Shown here piece after piece: positions 40,311 through 49,838 of a stretch of DNA of 64,000 nt. The stretch covers positions 64,001-128,000 of the forward strand of contig CAVQEQ010000002.1 of assembly GCA_963711565.1 (NCBI GenBank), written 5' to 3'. The position numbers were made by a program, and so were the translations under genes. The notes under the pieces were generated by a model. It saw only the letters and a list, made by a program, of their open reading frames with translations, was not told the origin of the DNA and did no database searches. The DNA is from an uncultured delta proteobacterium (lineage in GTDB: Bacteria; Desulfobacterota; Binatia; Binatales; Binataceae). Position 1 is the stretch's first letter, and every line of letters starts with the position of its first letter.

Positions 40311-40457
40311 CAGACGCGGTGGCTCTCGATTGCAGGGCGAGGAGAAGAAGTGCGCGCGTGTTATGGGCGTTGGCGAGGAAGAGATCATCCGGCTGCTCGA
40401 CGAGAACTCCCGCGCAATCCTGTCGTGAAGGGTTGAGGGTTATGCCGAGTGGCGGCG

Positions 40458-41660
40458 TCAGGCGATCACACCGTTGGTGCGTAATCGCTTCAGATCATCC
40501 TGCGAATACCCATTTGCGGCGAGCACTTCATCCGTGTGCTCGCCAACTAGCGGGGGGCGGGTGATTTTGCCGGGGGTCGATTCCAGCTTGGCGGCCAGGC
40601 CCGTCGTTAGAAATTCGCCGAGTTGAGGATGCGGCAGCTTCAGCAGCATCTCGCGGGCGGCGGTTTGCGGATGCTTGAACATTTCTTCGATGGTGAGAAT
40701 CGGGCCTGCCGGGATGCCCTCGCGGTTCAGCACTTGAATCCAATGATCGGCGGTTTGCGGCGCTAGCGCGAGATTGATCTCCTCGGTCAGGGCGGCGCGA
40801 TTTTTTACGCGGCGGCCGCTGCTTTTGAATCGATCGTCGTCGGCCAGCTCGGGGCGTGCAATCACTTTGACGAACTTTTGCCACATCGCCTCGCTGCCGC
40901 ATGCGATATTGAACGGGCGGTCGGACGCCTTGAAGACACCGTACGGCGACGACAGCGGATGATTGTTGCCGGCAGGCGCGGGCGTCACCCCGGTCTCGAA
41001 ATAAATGCCGGCCGACCAGGTCAGGATGCTGACGATGGATTCGAGCAGCGAGGTCTCGACGCGCTGGCCGCGGCCGTCGCGATGGCGCGCTTGGAGTGCG
41101 AGCAGGATGCCGTTGGCGGAGAGGATTCCCGCGAGCAGATCGCAGATGGCGATGCCGACGCGGGTCGGGCCGCTCTCGACGGTGCCGGTCACGCTCATCA
41201 GACCGGACATTCCCTGCGCGATTTGATCGAAGCCGGGGAAATCGCGCAGCGGGCCGGTCGAGCCGAAGCCCGAGATGGAGCATGTGATGATGCGCGGATT
41301 GCGCGCGGCGAGGGATGCGTAATCGAGGCCGAGCGCATCCATCACGCCGGGGCGGAAGTTATCGACGACGATGTCGGCGGCGTCGATCAGGCGCATCAGG
41401 ATTGCGCGGCCTTCGGTGTTTTTGATGTCGAGGCGGACGCTTTTTTTGGAGCGGTTGGTGGACAGGAAGAAGTAGGTGTCGGGGCCTTTGCCGCCGCCGA
41501 GTTCGCCGCGCGGATTTTCGACGGGCTCGATTTTGAGGATTTCAGCGCCGTAGTCGCCGAGGATTTGGGTGCAGAACGGACCGGCGAGGTAGCGGGTGAG
41601 ATCGACGACCTTGATGCCGGCGAGCGGCGGTGGTTGTGGCTGCGATTGTGATTTGGACAT
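40458..41660 (-). CDS. CaiB/BaiF family III CoA transferase
   Basis: LAGPFC, NRSKKS, DNFRPG, SGFG. Confidence 0.92.
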   Translation of the reverse strand: MSKSQSQPQPPPLAGIKVVDLTRYLAGPFCTQILGDYGAEILKIEPVENPRGELGGGKGPDTYFFLSTNRSKKSVRLDIKNTEGRAILMRLIDAADIVVDNFRPGVMDALGLDYASLAARNPRIITCSISGFGSTGPLRDFPGFDQIAQGMSGLMSVTGTVESGPTRVGIAICDLLAGILSANGILLALQARHRDGRGQRVETSLLESIVSILTWSAGIYFETGVTPAPAGNNHPLSSPYGVFKASDRPFNIACGSEAMWQKFVKVIARPELADDDRFKSSGRRVKNRAALTEEINLALAPQTADHWIQVLNREGIPAGPILTIEEMFKHPQTAAREMLLKLPHPQLGEFLTTGLAAKLESTPGKITRPPLVGEHTDEVLAANGYSQDDLKRLRTNGVIA

Positions 41661-41728
41661 GGCGGTCAGGTTAGTCGGGTCGGGGGAATTTGCTCAAGTG
41701 GTGAGAGGTGCGAGCATTTCTCATGAGT

Positions 41729-41796
41729 CGCGGAACCCTCACCTACCGGCGGCTCCGCCCGCCGGCCGCCTCTCCCGTAAAATAACGGGAGAGGTA
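41729..41796 (-). repeat. REP-like family C copy 2
   Basis: Reverse complement closely matches 59243-59309. Confidence 0.75.
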
Positions 41797-41816
41797 TTTG
41801 GAAGGAGCGCGCGACG

Positions 41817-42977
41817 CTACTTGCGGGTTTCGAGGCCCATGCGGCGCGCGATTATCACCTTCATGATTTCGTTGGTGCCGGCGTAGATCGATTGCACCGC
41901 TGCGTCCGCATAGTCGGTCGAAACCGGGTACTCCATCATGAAGCCGTAGCCGCCGTGGAGTTGCAGGCATTGGCTGGTCAGGCGCTTCTGCAGATCGGTG
42001 GTCCACCATTTTGCCATGCTGACTTCGGCGACGATGTCATCGCCGCGCACGTGCGCTTGCAGCAGCTTATCGACAAAGGCCTGGCCGACTTCAACCTCGG
42101 TCATCATCTCGGCGAGCTTGAATTGCGTATTTTGAAATTCCGCGATCGGCTGGCCAAACGCGCGGCGATTCTTGCAGTAGGCGATCGTGTCCTCGAGCGT
42201 GCGGCGGCAACTCGCCATCGAGCCGACTCCGATGCACAACCGCTCCTGCTGGAGTTTCTCCATCAGCATCTTGAAGCCCGCACCCTCTTTGCCGAGCAGG
42301 TTGCCGGCGGGGACGCGGCAGTCCTCGAAGAACAGCTCGCTGGTGTCCTGGCCGCGCAGCCCGAGCTTGTCGAGCTTGCGGCCGCGGACAAAGCCGGGCG
42401 CGCTCGCGTCAACGAGCATCAGGCTGACGCCCTTATGCGGCGGATTTGCCTTGGGGTCGGTCTTGCAGACGACGATGACGAGATCGGCGATCTGGCCGTT
42501 GGAAATAAAAATCTTCGAGCCGTTGATCACGTAATGGTCGCCGTCGCGGCGCGCCGTCGTCTGCACGGCGGCGAGATCGGAGCCGGTGCCCGGCTCGGTC
42601 ATCGCGATCGCGAGGATAATCTCGCCGGCGATCGCGCCGGGGATGTAGCGGCGCTTCTGCTCCTCGTTGCCGAAGCTGGTGATGTAGGGCATGCAGATGT
42701 CCGAATGCAGCGACATCATCAGGCCGTGCGCGCGCACGCGCGACAGCTCTTCCATCACGATGGCGTCGTAGATGAAATCCACGCCGCCGCCGCCGTATTC
42801 GGCGGGTGCGTTGGCGCCGAGGAAGCCGGCCTCGCCCATCTTGCGCCAGCTCGCGCGATCGCTCATCCCGGCGCGATTCCATTCGGGCACCTTGGGCTCG
42901 ATCTCGGCATCGACAAAGCGGCGCACCTGCGCGCGGAACATCTCGTGCTCTTCGGTAAAAATATCTCGTCGCATCAT
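41817..42977 (-). CDS. acyl-CoA dehydrogenase
   Basis: AMTEPGTGSD, GSKIFISNG, QLHGGYG, IYAGTNEIMK. Confidence 0.93.
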   Translation of the reverse strand: MMRRDIFTEEHEMFRAQVRRFVDAEIEPKVPEWNRAGMSDRASWRKMGEAGFLGANAPAEYGGGGVDFIYDAIVMEELSRVRAHGLMMSLHSDICMPYITSFGNEEQKRRYIPGAIAGEIILAIAMTEPGTGSDLAAVQTTARRDGDHYVINGSKIFISNGQIADLVIVVCKTDPKANPPHKGVSLMLVDASAPGFVRGRKLDKLGLRGQDTSELFFEDCRVPAGNLLGKEGAGFKMLMEKLQQERLCIGVGSMASCRRTLEDTIAYCKNRRAFGQPIAEFQNTQFKLAEMMTEVEVGQAFVDKLLQAHVRGDDIVAEVSMAKWWTTDLQKRLTSQCLQLHGGYGFMMEYPVSTDYADAAVQSIYAGTNEIMKVIIARRMGLETRK

Positions 42978-43027
42978 TGTGGCATCTTCGTGTTGGCGCG
43001 CATCGCGATCAAGCCCGGCAGATCGTA
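42974..43027 (-). repeat. diverged duplicate of GFA gene 3' end
   Basis: YDLPGLIAMRANTKMPQ* versus YDLPGLIALRTKTNMQR* (43377-43430); 43/54 nt identical. Confidence 0.85.
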
Positions 43028-43038
43028 TCTCGGATGCC

Positions 43039-43063
43039 AGTGGGGCGGGCCGCCGTGCCCGCC
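43039..43063 (+). repeat. REP family B copy 3
   Basis: Identical to 16436-16460. Confidence 0.85.
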
Positions 43064-43071
43064 GGTGACAT

Positions 43072-43353
43072 CTACGCAGCCTTAAAAGATCGCACCCGGA
43101 TTCGATTTACGCGCCTACGCGCCTGCCAAAGATCGTAAGCCATCTGCATTCCGAGCCACGTCTCCGGACTAGAGCCGAATGCCTTCGAGAGCCGAATCGC
43201 CATCTCGACCGAGACCGCCGCTCGCTCGTTCACAACGTCCGAGAGGGCCTGGCGTGTGACGCCCAAAGCTTTGGCAGCATCGGTCACCGAAAGCTTCAAA
43301 GGCTCCAGACACTGTCGCCGTACGATGCCGCCGGGATGAGGAGGATTGTGCAT
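43072..43353 (-). CDS. higA: HigA antitoxin (orphan)
   Basis: MHNPPHPG, LGVTRQALS, EMAIRLSKAFG, MQMAYDLW. Confidence 0.88.
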   Translation of the reverse strand: MHNPPHPGGIVRRQCLEPLKLSVTDAAKALGVTRQALSDVVNERAAVSVEMAIRLSKAFGSSPETWLGMQMAYDLWQARRRVNRIRVRSFKAA

Positions 43354-43376
43354 AGCTACGGAATTCGGTTTCGAGA

Positions 43377-43841
43377 TCATCTTTGCATGTTGGTTTTTGT
43401 GCGCAGCGCAATCAACCCCGGCAGATCGTATTGCGGGAGATCGTCGGTGATTTCAAACCATGGCGGGTTCAGCTCGATGAAAATGTGTTTATCGGGTTTC
43501 ATCCCGGGATCGTCATCGACAAGACCGGCAGGGATTTCGAGCGTCCCCGAACGGCCGCGCGTCCTCTGCGTTTCGGGATTCGGATTTGGCACCGGCGAGC
43601 CGCATCGGCTGCAGAAGGACACGCGGTATGCCGGCGGCTCGCGCAAAATCGGAGCTTCATAGGTGGTGATCAGGTCTGCGCCCGCGACCAGTCGGAAATC
43701 TTCGATGCGCACGTACAGCCCGGCGAAGAATGCGGAGCCGGTGACTTTGCGGCATCGCGTGCAATGGCACAGCTCGAACGGGCCGGCAGGTTTGGTGAAC
43801 TCGAAGTGTATGGCGCCGCAGAGACAGCTTCCGTGAATCAT
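43377..43841 (-). CDS. GFA (CENP-V) family protein
   Basis: GSCLCG, CHCTRCRK, FCSRCGS. Confidence 0.9.
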   Translation of the reverse strand: MIHGSCLCGAIHFEFTKPAGPFELCHCTRCRKVTGSAFFAGLYVRIEDFRLVAGADLITTYEAPILREPPAYRVSFCSRCGSPVPNPNPETQRTRGRSGTLEIPAGLVDDDPGMKPDKHIFIELNPPWFEITDDLPQYDLPGLIALRTKTNMQR

Positions 43842-43896
43842 GTCGTCACCCGTCGAGGACCCGTGCCTGGTACGCAAAGCTTTGAGGTGCAGTTGC

Positions 43897-44292
43897 CTAG
43901 CGCACCGTATTAATGACGCTATTCTTGATTACAACAATCATTCGCTTGTCTCCTCGTTGTTGGGCCTTCTCGTACTCCAATTCGATGAGCGACATCGCCT
44001 CCTCGACTCGCTGTGCCGCCTGCGGCTCGCTACATTCGAGCGAAATACGGCTTAAACGCCTGAATCGAGCGCGATGGCCCTTCGGAATCCGTGGCGCGAT
44101 CAATTTGAAGTCGCGATCGCAGGTAACGAGAACGGCGCCCTCTTCCTCACTCACGGTGGCGACCAAAGGATCTGGAGAATCGACGGGTAAGATGTCACGG
44201 ACATGCTGGACTTTGTGTCCATGCCGGCGAAAGACATGGGCCACCGAATCAGGAACGTTGTGATCGAGCAGCAGAGAAATTACCACGGACAC
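43897..44292 (-). CDS. DUF5615/VapC45-like PIN protein
   Basis: LLDHNVP, LVTCDRDF. Confidence 0.8.
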   Translation of the reverse strand: MSVVISLLLDHNVPDSVAHVFRRHGHKVQHVRDILPVDSPDPLVATVSEEEGAVLVTCDRDFKLIAPRIPKGHRARFRRLSRISLECSEPQAAQRVEEAMSLIELEYEKAQQRGDKRMIVVIKNSVINTVR

Positions 44293-44304
44293 AACGAAGC
44301 CTGG

Positions 44305-44958
44305 CTAAGCTCGCTGCGCTCGTCTCGCTTCCCGCTCCTCTCGCTCCACTGCCGCTTCAACGTCCCGCTGGTTGAGCATCGGGTATTCTCGAATTATCTT
44401 GTCCGCAGAATAGCCCGCTTTGTGAAATCGCCAAATGATTCTTGTCGGGATTCGAGTCCCGGCGACGACCCAAGCGTTGTGCGCAATGTAGCGGTGGCGT
44501 TCGATCTGTCCGAACTGTTCGCGAAGACGTAGTTTCAGTCTGTTCGCGGCAGTTGTGAGATCGTGAATGATACTTCTGAGCGTGATGTGCGTATATTGGC
44601 CGCTCAATACGCCGCGCAACTGCTCGGTCTCAGGCTCTCGAAAGATTACTTCCTTCCCAAGTACGTACAGTATGATCTCCGACCATGGCTCGGCTCGATA
44701 CTCGCTTAGCTTTCGTGCGACTTTTCGAAGTTGCTGCAGAGGAATACCGTAGCGCTTGCGCAAAATACCCAGTGTGCGCAGGCCAACAACGTCCTGAAAC
44801 GAGTATACTCTGCCAAAAGGGCTTCGCCGATTCTCTGATGCGTATCGGGGGCGGAAAAACCCGGTATTGTCCCAGTACCGAAGCTGACTGTGGGACAGTC
44901 CCGTCAGATGGACAACGTGATTGGCGCTGAACGCCCGAATGGCTTCCTCGCTGCTCAT
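44305..44958 (-). CDS. MerR-HTH plus DUF433 antitoxin (VapB45-like)
   Basis: QLRYWD..RVYSFQDV; VAGTRIP..IIREYP. Confidence 0.8.
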   Translation of the reverse strand: MSSEEAIRAFSANHVVHLTGLSHSQLRYWDNTGFFRPRYASENRRSPFGRVYSFQDVVGLRTLGILRKRYGIPLQQLRKVARKLSEYRAEPWSEIILYVLGKEVIFREPETEQLRGVLSGQYTHITLRSIIHDLTTAANRLKLRLREQFGQIERHRYIAHNAWVVAGTRIPTRIIWRFHKAGYSADKIIREYPMLNQRDVEAAVEREEREARRAQRA

Positions 44959-45193
44959 CAGAACCTACCTCCCAGTCGAAGCGCCGAGACTATCAAATCG
45001 AGAGAGACGCTGCCTACCTCTCACTATCCTCTTGCCCTTGCGTTTGACCCTGGAGGCGCTGGAACCGCCGTTCCCGGAATTACCGCAGGGGCGCATTTGA
45101 ATTGAAATCGCCGGCGCGGTCGCCTGCACTTTGCAATTTTACTAAACGATTGGTATGTGATTGGAGTCTTATCCGTACACGGAGGATCCCGCG

Positions 45194-46276
45194 ATGAAAG
45201 TTGGTGGCGCCGTTATTTTTCAGAATCCGCACAATGTGCGATCGGACCGCGACGTTTATGTCGAAGACCTGCATATCGGCGATCTCTATGAGCCGCTTGG
45301 ATTCGACTCCATCTGGAGCGTCGAGCATCACTTTGACGACTACACGATGTGCCCCGACGTACTGCAGTTCCTGACCTACTACGCGGGGCGCACCAGGACG
45401 GTTCAGCTTGGATCGATGGTGGTCGTGATGCCGTGGCATGACCCGATGCGCGTGGCGGAGCAGGTGTCGGTCGTCGATCACATGTCGAACGGGCGCATGA
45501 TTCTCGGCCTTGGGCGCGGACTCGCGCGAATCGAGTTCGAGGGCTTCCGCGTGCCACTCGGAGAATCGCGCGAGCGCTTTATCGAATCGGCCGAGATGCT
45601 GCTCGAAGGTCTCGAGAAGGGCTACTGCGAATACGACGGCAAGTATATCAAGCAGCCGCGCCGCGACATCAGGCCCAAGCCGTTCAAGTCGTTCAAGGGA
45701 CGCACTTACGCGGCCGCGGTCTCGCCCGAGTCGGCCCGCATCATGGCGAAGCTCGGCATCGGCATCCTGATCATTCCGCAAAAGCCGTGGGAGGCCGTCG
45801 CGCAGGAACTCGGCGAATATCGCACTATCTACAAGCAGGTGAACGGCGGCGAGCCGCTGCCGACGATCGCGGCGGGCTGGACGTTCTGCGACAAGAGCGC
45901 TGACCGCGCGCGCGAGATGGCGGTCAAATATATCGGCGGCTACTGGGACACCGCGCTGCGGCATTACGAGATGGCGAGCGAGAATTTCGGCAAGGCCAAG
46001 GGCTACGAATACTACGAGCAGATGGCGAAGGCACTGAAGGGCAACACGAGCGCATCGATCGAATACTTCCTGAGTCTGCAGGTCTGGGGCACACCCGAGA
46101 TGTGCTTCAACAAGATCGACGAGATTCGGCAGAAGGTCGGCGCCGACCATTACACCGGCGTGTTCAGCTATGCGGGGATGCCGATCGAGGACGCGGAGAA
46201 GAGCCTGCGGCTGTTCGCGGCCGAGGTGATGCCGGAGCTGAAGAAGCTCAACGGGGTGAAGGCCGAAGCGGCGTAG
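45194..46276 (+). CDS. LLM class flavin-dependent oxidoreductase
   Basis: WSVEHHF, DPMRVAE, GRMILGLGRG. Confidence 0.9.
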   Translation: MKVGGAVIFQNPHNVRSDRDVYVEDLHIGDLYEPLGFDSIWSVEHHFDDYTMCPDVLQFLTYYAGRTRTVQLGSMVVVMPWHDPMRVAEQVSVVDHMSNGRMILGLGRGLARIEFEGFRVPLGESRERFIESAEMLLEGLEKGYCEYDGKYIKQPRRDIRPKPFKSFKGRTYAAAVSPESARIMAKLGIGILIIPQKPWEAVAQELGEYRTIYKQVNGGEPLPTIAAGWTFCDKSADRAREMAVKYIGGYWDTALRHYEMASENFGKAKGYEYYEQMAKALKGNTSASIEYFLSLQVWGTPEMCFNKIDEIRQKVGADHYTGVFSYAGMPIEDAEKSLRLFAAEVMPELKKLNGVKAEAA

Positions 46277-46308
46277 GAGCAACCGATAAAATCGCCTACG
46301 CGGCGGGC

Positions 46309-46368
46309 GGCAGGGCTGAGCCCTGCACCCAGTGTGAAGAGCAAAGTTGCGCGCATCGCGCTACTTTG
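46309..46368 (+). repeat. REP family A variant copy 8
   Basis: GCAGGGCTGAGCCCTGCACCC plus the CAAAGT..ACTTTG hairpin shared with copy 7. Confidence 0.75.
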
Positions 46369-46385
46369 GTCTTAGGGGCTGGAGC

Positions 46386-47174
46386 TTACCTGCCGATGAA
46401 CTTGCCGGGGCGGCGTTCTGCTACCGCCTTCACGCCTTCGCGGTGGTCTTCGGTTTTGAATAAACGGGATTGTTCCTTGAACTCGTGATCGGTTTGCGCC
46501 TTGACCGCATCGGCGAGGCCCTGGCGCATCGTCGCTCGCGTCGATAACAGCGCGAGCGGTGCGCCTTCGGCGATTTCGGCTGCGAGCGCGTTCGCGGAAT
46601 CGCGGAGCTTGTCGGGCTCTGCGAGCTGATCGCACAGGCCCCATGCCAATGCTTCGTCGCCGGTGAGACGGCGGCCCGTGTAGAACATCAGGCTGGCTTT
46701 CTGTACGCCGATGAGGCGCGGCAGTGTGTAGGTGAGACCGAAGCCTGGGTGGATGCCGAGCTTGACGAAGTTCGCGGCGAAGCGGGCATCGGCGGTCGCC
46801 ACGCGGAAATCCGCTACCAGCGCGAGTCCGAAACCTCCACCGATCGCGGCGCCTTGTATCGCGGCGACGACGGGCTTCTTACATCGGAACAGCCGCACGC
46901 CTTCGACGTAGAGCGGATTCTCGCCGGTGCGCGCCGGCGCCTCGCCGCTTTGGGCGTCGCGATTGGCAAAGTTCGCGCCCGCGCAGAATGACTTGCCTTC
47001 CGAACAGAGCACCAGCGCGCGGCATTCAGGCTCCCTGTCGAGCGCCTCGAACGCGTCGGCGAGATTTTGAATCAGCTTGAAGTCGAAGAAATTGTGCGGC
47101 GGCCGATGAATCTCGAGCGTCGCCACGTTGCCGTCGAGCGTTACGGATACGTCGCCATATTTTGGTTCCACCAT
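46386..47174 (-). CDS. enoyl-CoA hydratase/isomerase
   Basis: FCAGA, KPVVAAIQGAAIGGG, LPRLIG. Confidence 0.92.
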   Translation of the reverse strand: MVEPKYGDVSVTLDGNVATLEIHRPPHNFFDFKLIQNLADAFEALDREPECRALVLCSEGKSFCAGANFANRDAQSGEAPARTGENPLYVEGVRLFRCKKPVVAAIQGAAIGGGFGLALVADFRVATADARFAANFVKLGIHPGFGLTYTLPRLIGVQKASLMFYTGRRLTGDEALAWGLCDQLAEPDKLRDSANALAAEIAEGAPLALLSTRATMRQGLADAVKAQTDHEFKEQSRLFKTEDHREGVKAVAERRPGKFIGR

Positions 47175-47237
47175 TTGATGCTCCTTCGCGGCTATAGCCT
47201 GAACGCGGGCAAGCTGCTACAAAGTTATAGTTCGAAC

Positions 47238-47398
47238 GTCGGGAGAAGGCACGCCAGAATGAATCCGAATATCGAAAGGGCCCGGGAAACCTCCCGTGGT
47301 GGTGTGTCTGCGACGTTCGGTCATCATTGACTCATTAGCTTAATCGGAACGCGTCAGACGGCCACGGGTGCAAGCACTCCGTGGCCGTTTTGTTTTTT
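47238..47398 (+). ncRNA. candidate attenuator/riboswitch leader or sRNA
   Basis: Nested stems plus a terminator whose 5' arm has an alternative upstream partner. Confidence 0.4.
47358..47398 (+). terminator. intrinsic terminator upstream of ABC genes
   Basis: ACGGCCACGG/CCGTGGCCGT stem plus TTTGTTTTTT. Confidence 0.75.
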
Positions 47399-47437
47399 CG
47401 GGATGAAAACGCGCGCGCGTTAAAGGCAGGTAATTCG

Positions 47438-48178
47438 ATGCTGGTAGAAGTGGAAAATTTGAGCAAGACGTTCGGCGACTTCTGTGCCGTCGATAACGTG
47501 AGCTTCGGGATCGAGCGCGGCGAGATCATCGGGATGCTCGGGCCGAACGGCGCGGGCAAGACGACGACGATTCATATGATTCTAGGCCTGATCACGCCGA
47601 CCTCGGGGCGTATCAGCATTTTCGGCAAGTCGATGGCGACGGATCGCGGCGAAATCCTCGAGCGGATGAATTTCACGTCGCCGTACGTCGCGTTTCCGTT
47701 CCGGCTGACGGTGCTCGAGAACCTGATGGTCTTCGCGCGCATCTACAATCTGAAAAAGCCGCGCGCGCGAATCGACGAGCTGCTCGAGCGTTTCGGCATC
47801 ACCAAGCTGCGCGACAAGGCAATCGCACGGCTGTCGTCGGGCGAGAATACGCGGGTCGGATTGTGCAAGGCGTTCATGAACGATCCGCAACTGCTGCTGC
47901 TCGACGAGCCGACGGCGTACCTCGATCCAGAGGTGGCGTGGCAGGTGAAGAACGCGTTGCTCGACGCTCAGCGCGAAAAAGGGACGACGATTCTGTACAC
48001 GTCGCACAACATGGACGAGGTCGAGCGGATGTGTAAGCGCATCGTCTTTCTGCATCACGGCAAAGTTATCGCCAACGGCAGTCCGATCGAAATCACGCAG
48101 GCAATTCTCGAAGAGGAACGCGAAGAACCGGCGCTGGAGGAAGTCTTCATGCGCCTGGTGAAGGGCAAAGCGGCATGA
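47438..48178 (+). CDS. ABC-2 exporter ATP-binding protein
   Basis: GPNGAGKTT, LSSGE, LLDEPT, TSHNM. Confidence 0.9.
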   Translation: MLVEVENLSKTFGDFCAVDNVSFGIERGEIIGMLGPNGAGKTTTIHMILGLITPTSGRISIFGKSMATDRGEILERMNFTSPYVAFPFRLTVLENLMVFARIYNLKKPRARIDELLERFGITKLRDKAIARLSSGENTRVGLCKAFMNDPQLLLLDEPTAYLDPEVAWQVKNALLDAQREKGTTILYTSHNMDEVERMCKRIVFLHHGKVIANGSPIEITQAILEEEREEPALEEVFMRLVKGKAA

Positions 48179-48963
48179 AGCTACATCGCATCAACGCCGT
48201 CATCGCGCGGCATCTATATGAGTCGCGGCGCAACTTCGATCGCGTCGTCGATATGATCTGGTGGCCGGTGCTCGACATCGTGATGTGGGGCTTCTTCACG
48301 GTTTACCTGGCGGACAGCAACCGGCTGCAGCCGACAGTAGTTAGCTGTCTGCTCGGCGGCATAATTCTGTGGGGAACGTTCTACAGCTTTCAGCGCGACA
48401 TGGCCGTTGGCTTCATCGACGAACTATGGTGTCGCAACCTCATCAACCTGTTCTCGACGCCATTGACCCTGGCTGAATACATGGCCGGACTGCTGACGGT
48501 GTGCTTGATGAAGGTGATGGTTGGCCTATTGGCGGCGTCGGCGATCGCGTGGGCGGCGTACTCGTTCGACATTGTTCCGTGGCTGCCGAAGTTCATCCCT
48601 TACATGGCGAACCTGTTGCTCTTTGCGCTCGCGCTGGGAATCGCGATTACCGGAATGATTTTTCGCTACACGACGAAAGTCCAGGCGCTGGCGTGGGGCT
48701 TCGCAGGGCTGCTGATGCCGGTGTCGTGCGTGATGTATCCGATGTCGTCGCTGCCGCGCTGGCTGCAGGGCATCGCGTGGGCAATGCCGACGGCGCACTC
48801 GTTCGAAGGGATGCGCGGCATTCTGAACGGCAAGGGATTTTCAATGGAGCACTTCTGGTGGGGCATCGGGCTCAACGTCGTGTACTTCGCGGTCGCGATT
48901 GTATTCTTCCTCTGGATCTTCGAAAAGGCGCGGAGCCGGGGGCTGCTCGTCAAGCAGGACTAG
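48175..48963 (+). CDS. ABC-2 type permease
   Basis: Six TM segments, YPMSSLPRWLQ; coupled to the ATPase. Confidence 0.88.
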   Translation: MKLHRINAVIARHLYESRRNFDRVVDMIWWPVLDIVMWGFFTVYLADSNRLQPTVVSCLLGGIILWGTFYSFQRDMAVGFIDELWCRNLINLFSTPLTLAEYMAGLLTVCLMKVMVGLLAASAIAWAAYSFDIVPWLPKFIPYMANLLLFALALGIAITGMIFRYTTKVQALAWGFAGLLMPVSCVMYPMSSLPRWLQGIAWAMPTAHSFEGMRGILNGKGFSMEHFWWGIGLNVVYFAVAIVFFLWIFEKARSRGLLVKQD

Positions 48964-48968
48964 GTGTC

Positions 48969-49754
48969 ATGCGTCATCCCGATCACGATCGTCTACGCGA
49001 GGAGGTTCGTTCATGGTATCGAACTCCCGTTCTTGGCTACCACGTCGAGCGAAGACGTTTCGGATCTTATCGCCGTCACGCCGAAGATCCGGATTCGGGG
49101 CTTATCATCGTCGATGCTCTGACGCCCGCCGAGGTGCCTGAGTTTCTCGCGGATGCCAGTAGCTACTTCGATAACCGGGCGGTGAACATCTGGCTCGATA
49201 ACAGAGATCTCGACGCGAAGCTTGGACCGGCGCTGGTTGCGGCTGGAGCTTCGATGGACAGCGAGAACTGCCACCTCGCACATGTCGGGCCGCGGCCCGA
49301 ACAAGTACGGCGTTCGGACGTGACCGTCGAGGTCGTCACGCCGGACACGTTGCTGGACTACGTGATGGTGAAGCTGAAAGGATTCGCGAACTCCGAGGAC
49401 GCACCGCCGGCTGAAGACGTTGAGAAGGAACTGGCGGTGCGTCGGCGCGAACTGGCAAGCATCGGCCGATTCCTCATCGCGCGGGTCGGTGCCGATGCGG
49501 CGGCAATCCTGGGATACTACGATGGAAGCGACCGATTGATCTTCAACCTTGCGACGCGGACGCCGTTTCGGATGAGAGGTATCGCGCGAGATCTGCTATG
49601 CGAGGTCGTCGCGGATTCCTATGAGCAAGGCTGCCGCTCCGTAATCATCAACACGGACCCGAACGACACTCCTATTCAATGGTATCGGCGGCTCGGATTC
49701 ACGGACGAAGTTTATTGGCGTCGCAGCTATCATTGGGCATTGCGATTTCGATGA
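48969..49754 (+). CDS. GNAT family acetyltransferase
   Basis: LATRTPFRMRGIA, WYRRLGF. Confidence 0.75.
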   Translation: MRHPDHDRLREEVRSWYRTPVLGYHVERRRFGSYRRHAEDPDSGLIIVDALTPAEVPEFLADASSYFDNRAVNIWLDNRDLDAKLGPALVAAGASMDSENCHLAHVGPRPEQVRRSDVTVEVVTPDTLLDYVMVKLKGFANSEDAPPAEDVEKELAVRRRELASIGRFLIARVGADAAAILGYYDGSDRLIFNLATRTPFRMRGIARDLLCEVVADSYEQGCRSVIINTDPNDTPIQWYRRLGFTDEVYWRRSYHWALRFR

Positions 49755-49838
49755 GGTTTGCATTGAACAGCACGATGCAATTTGAAATGTCGCAATACAA
49801 AATGGTGCTAAAAGCCATATAGAACGAGCGTTTCCGCA

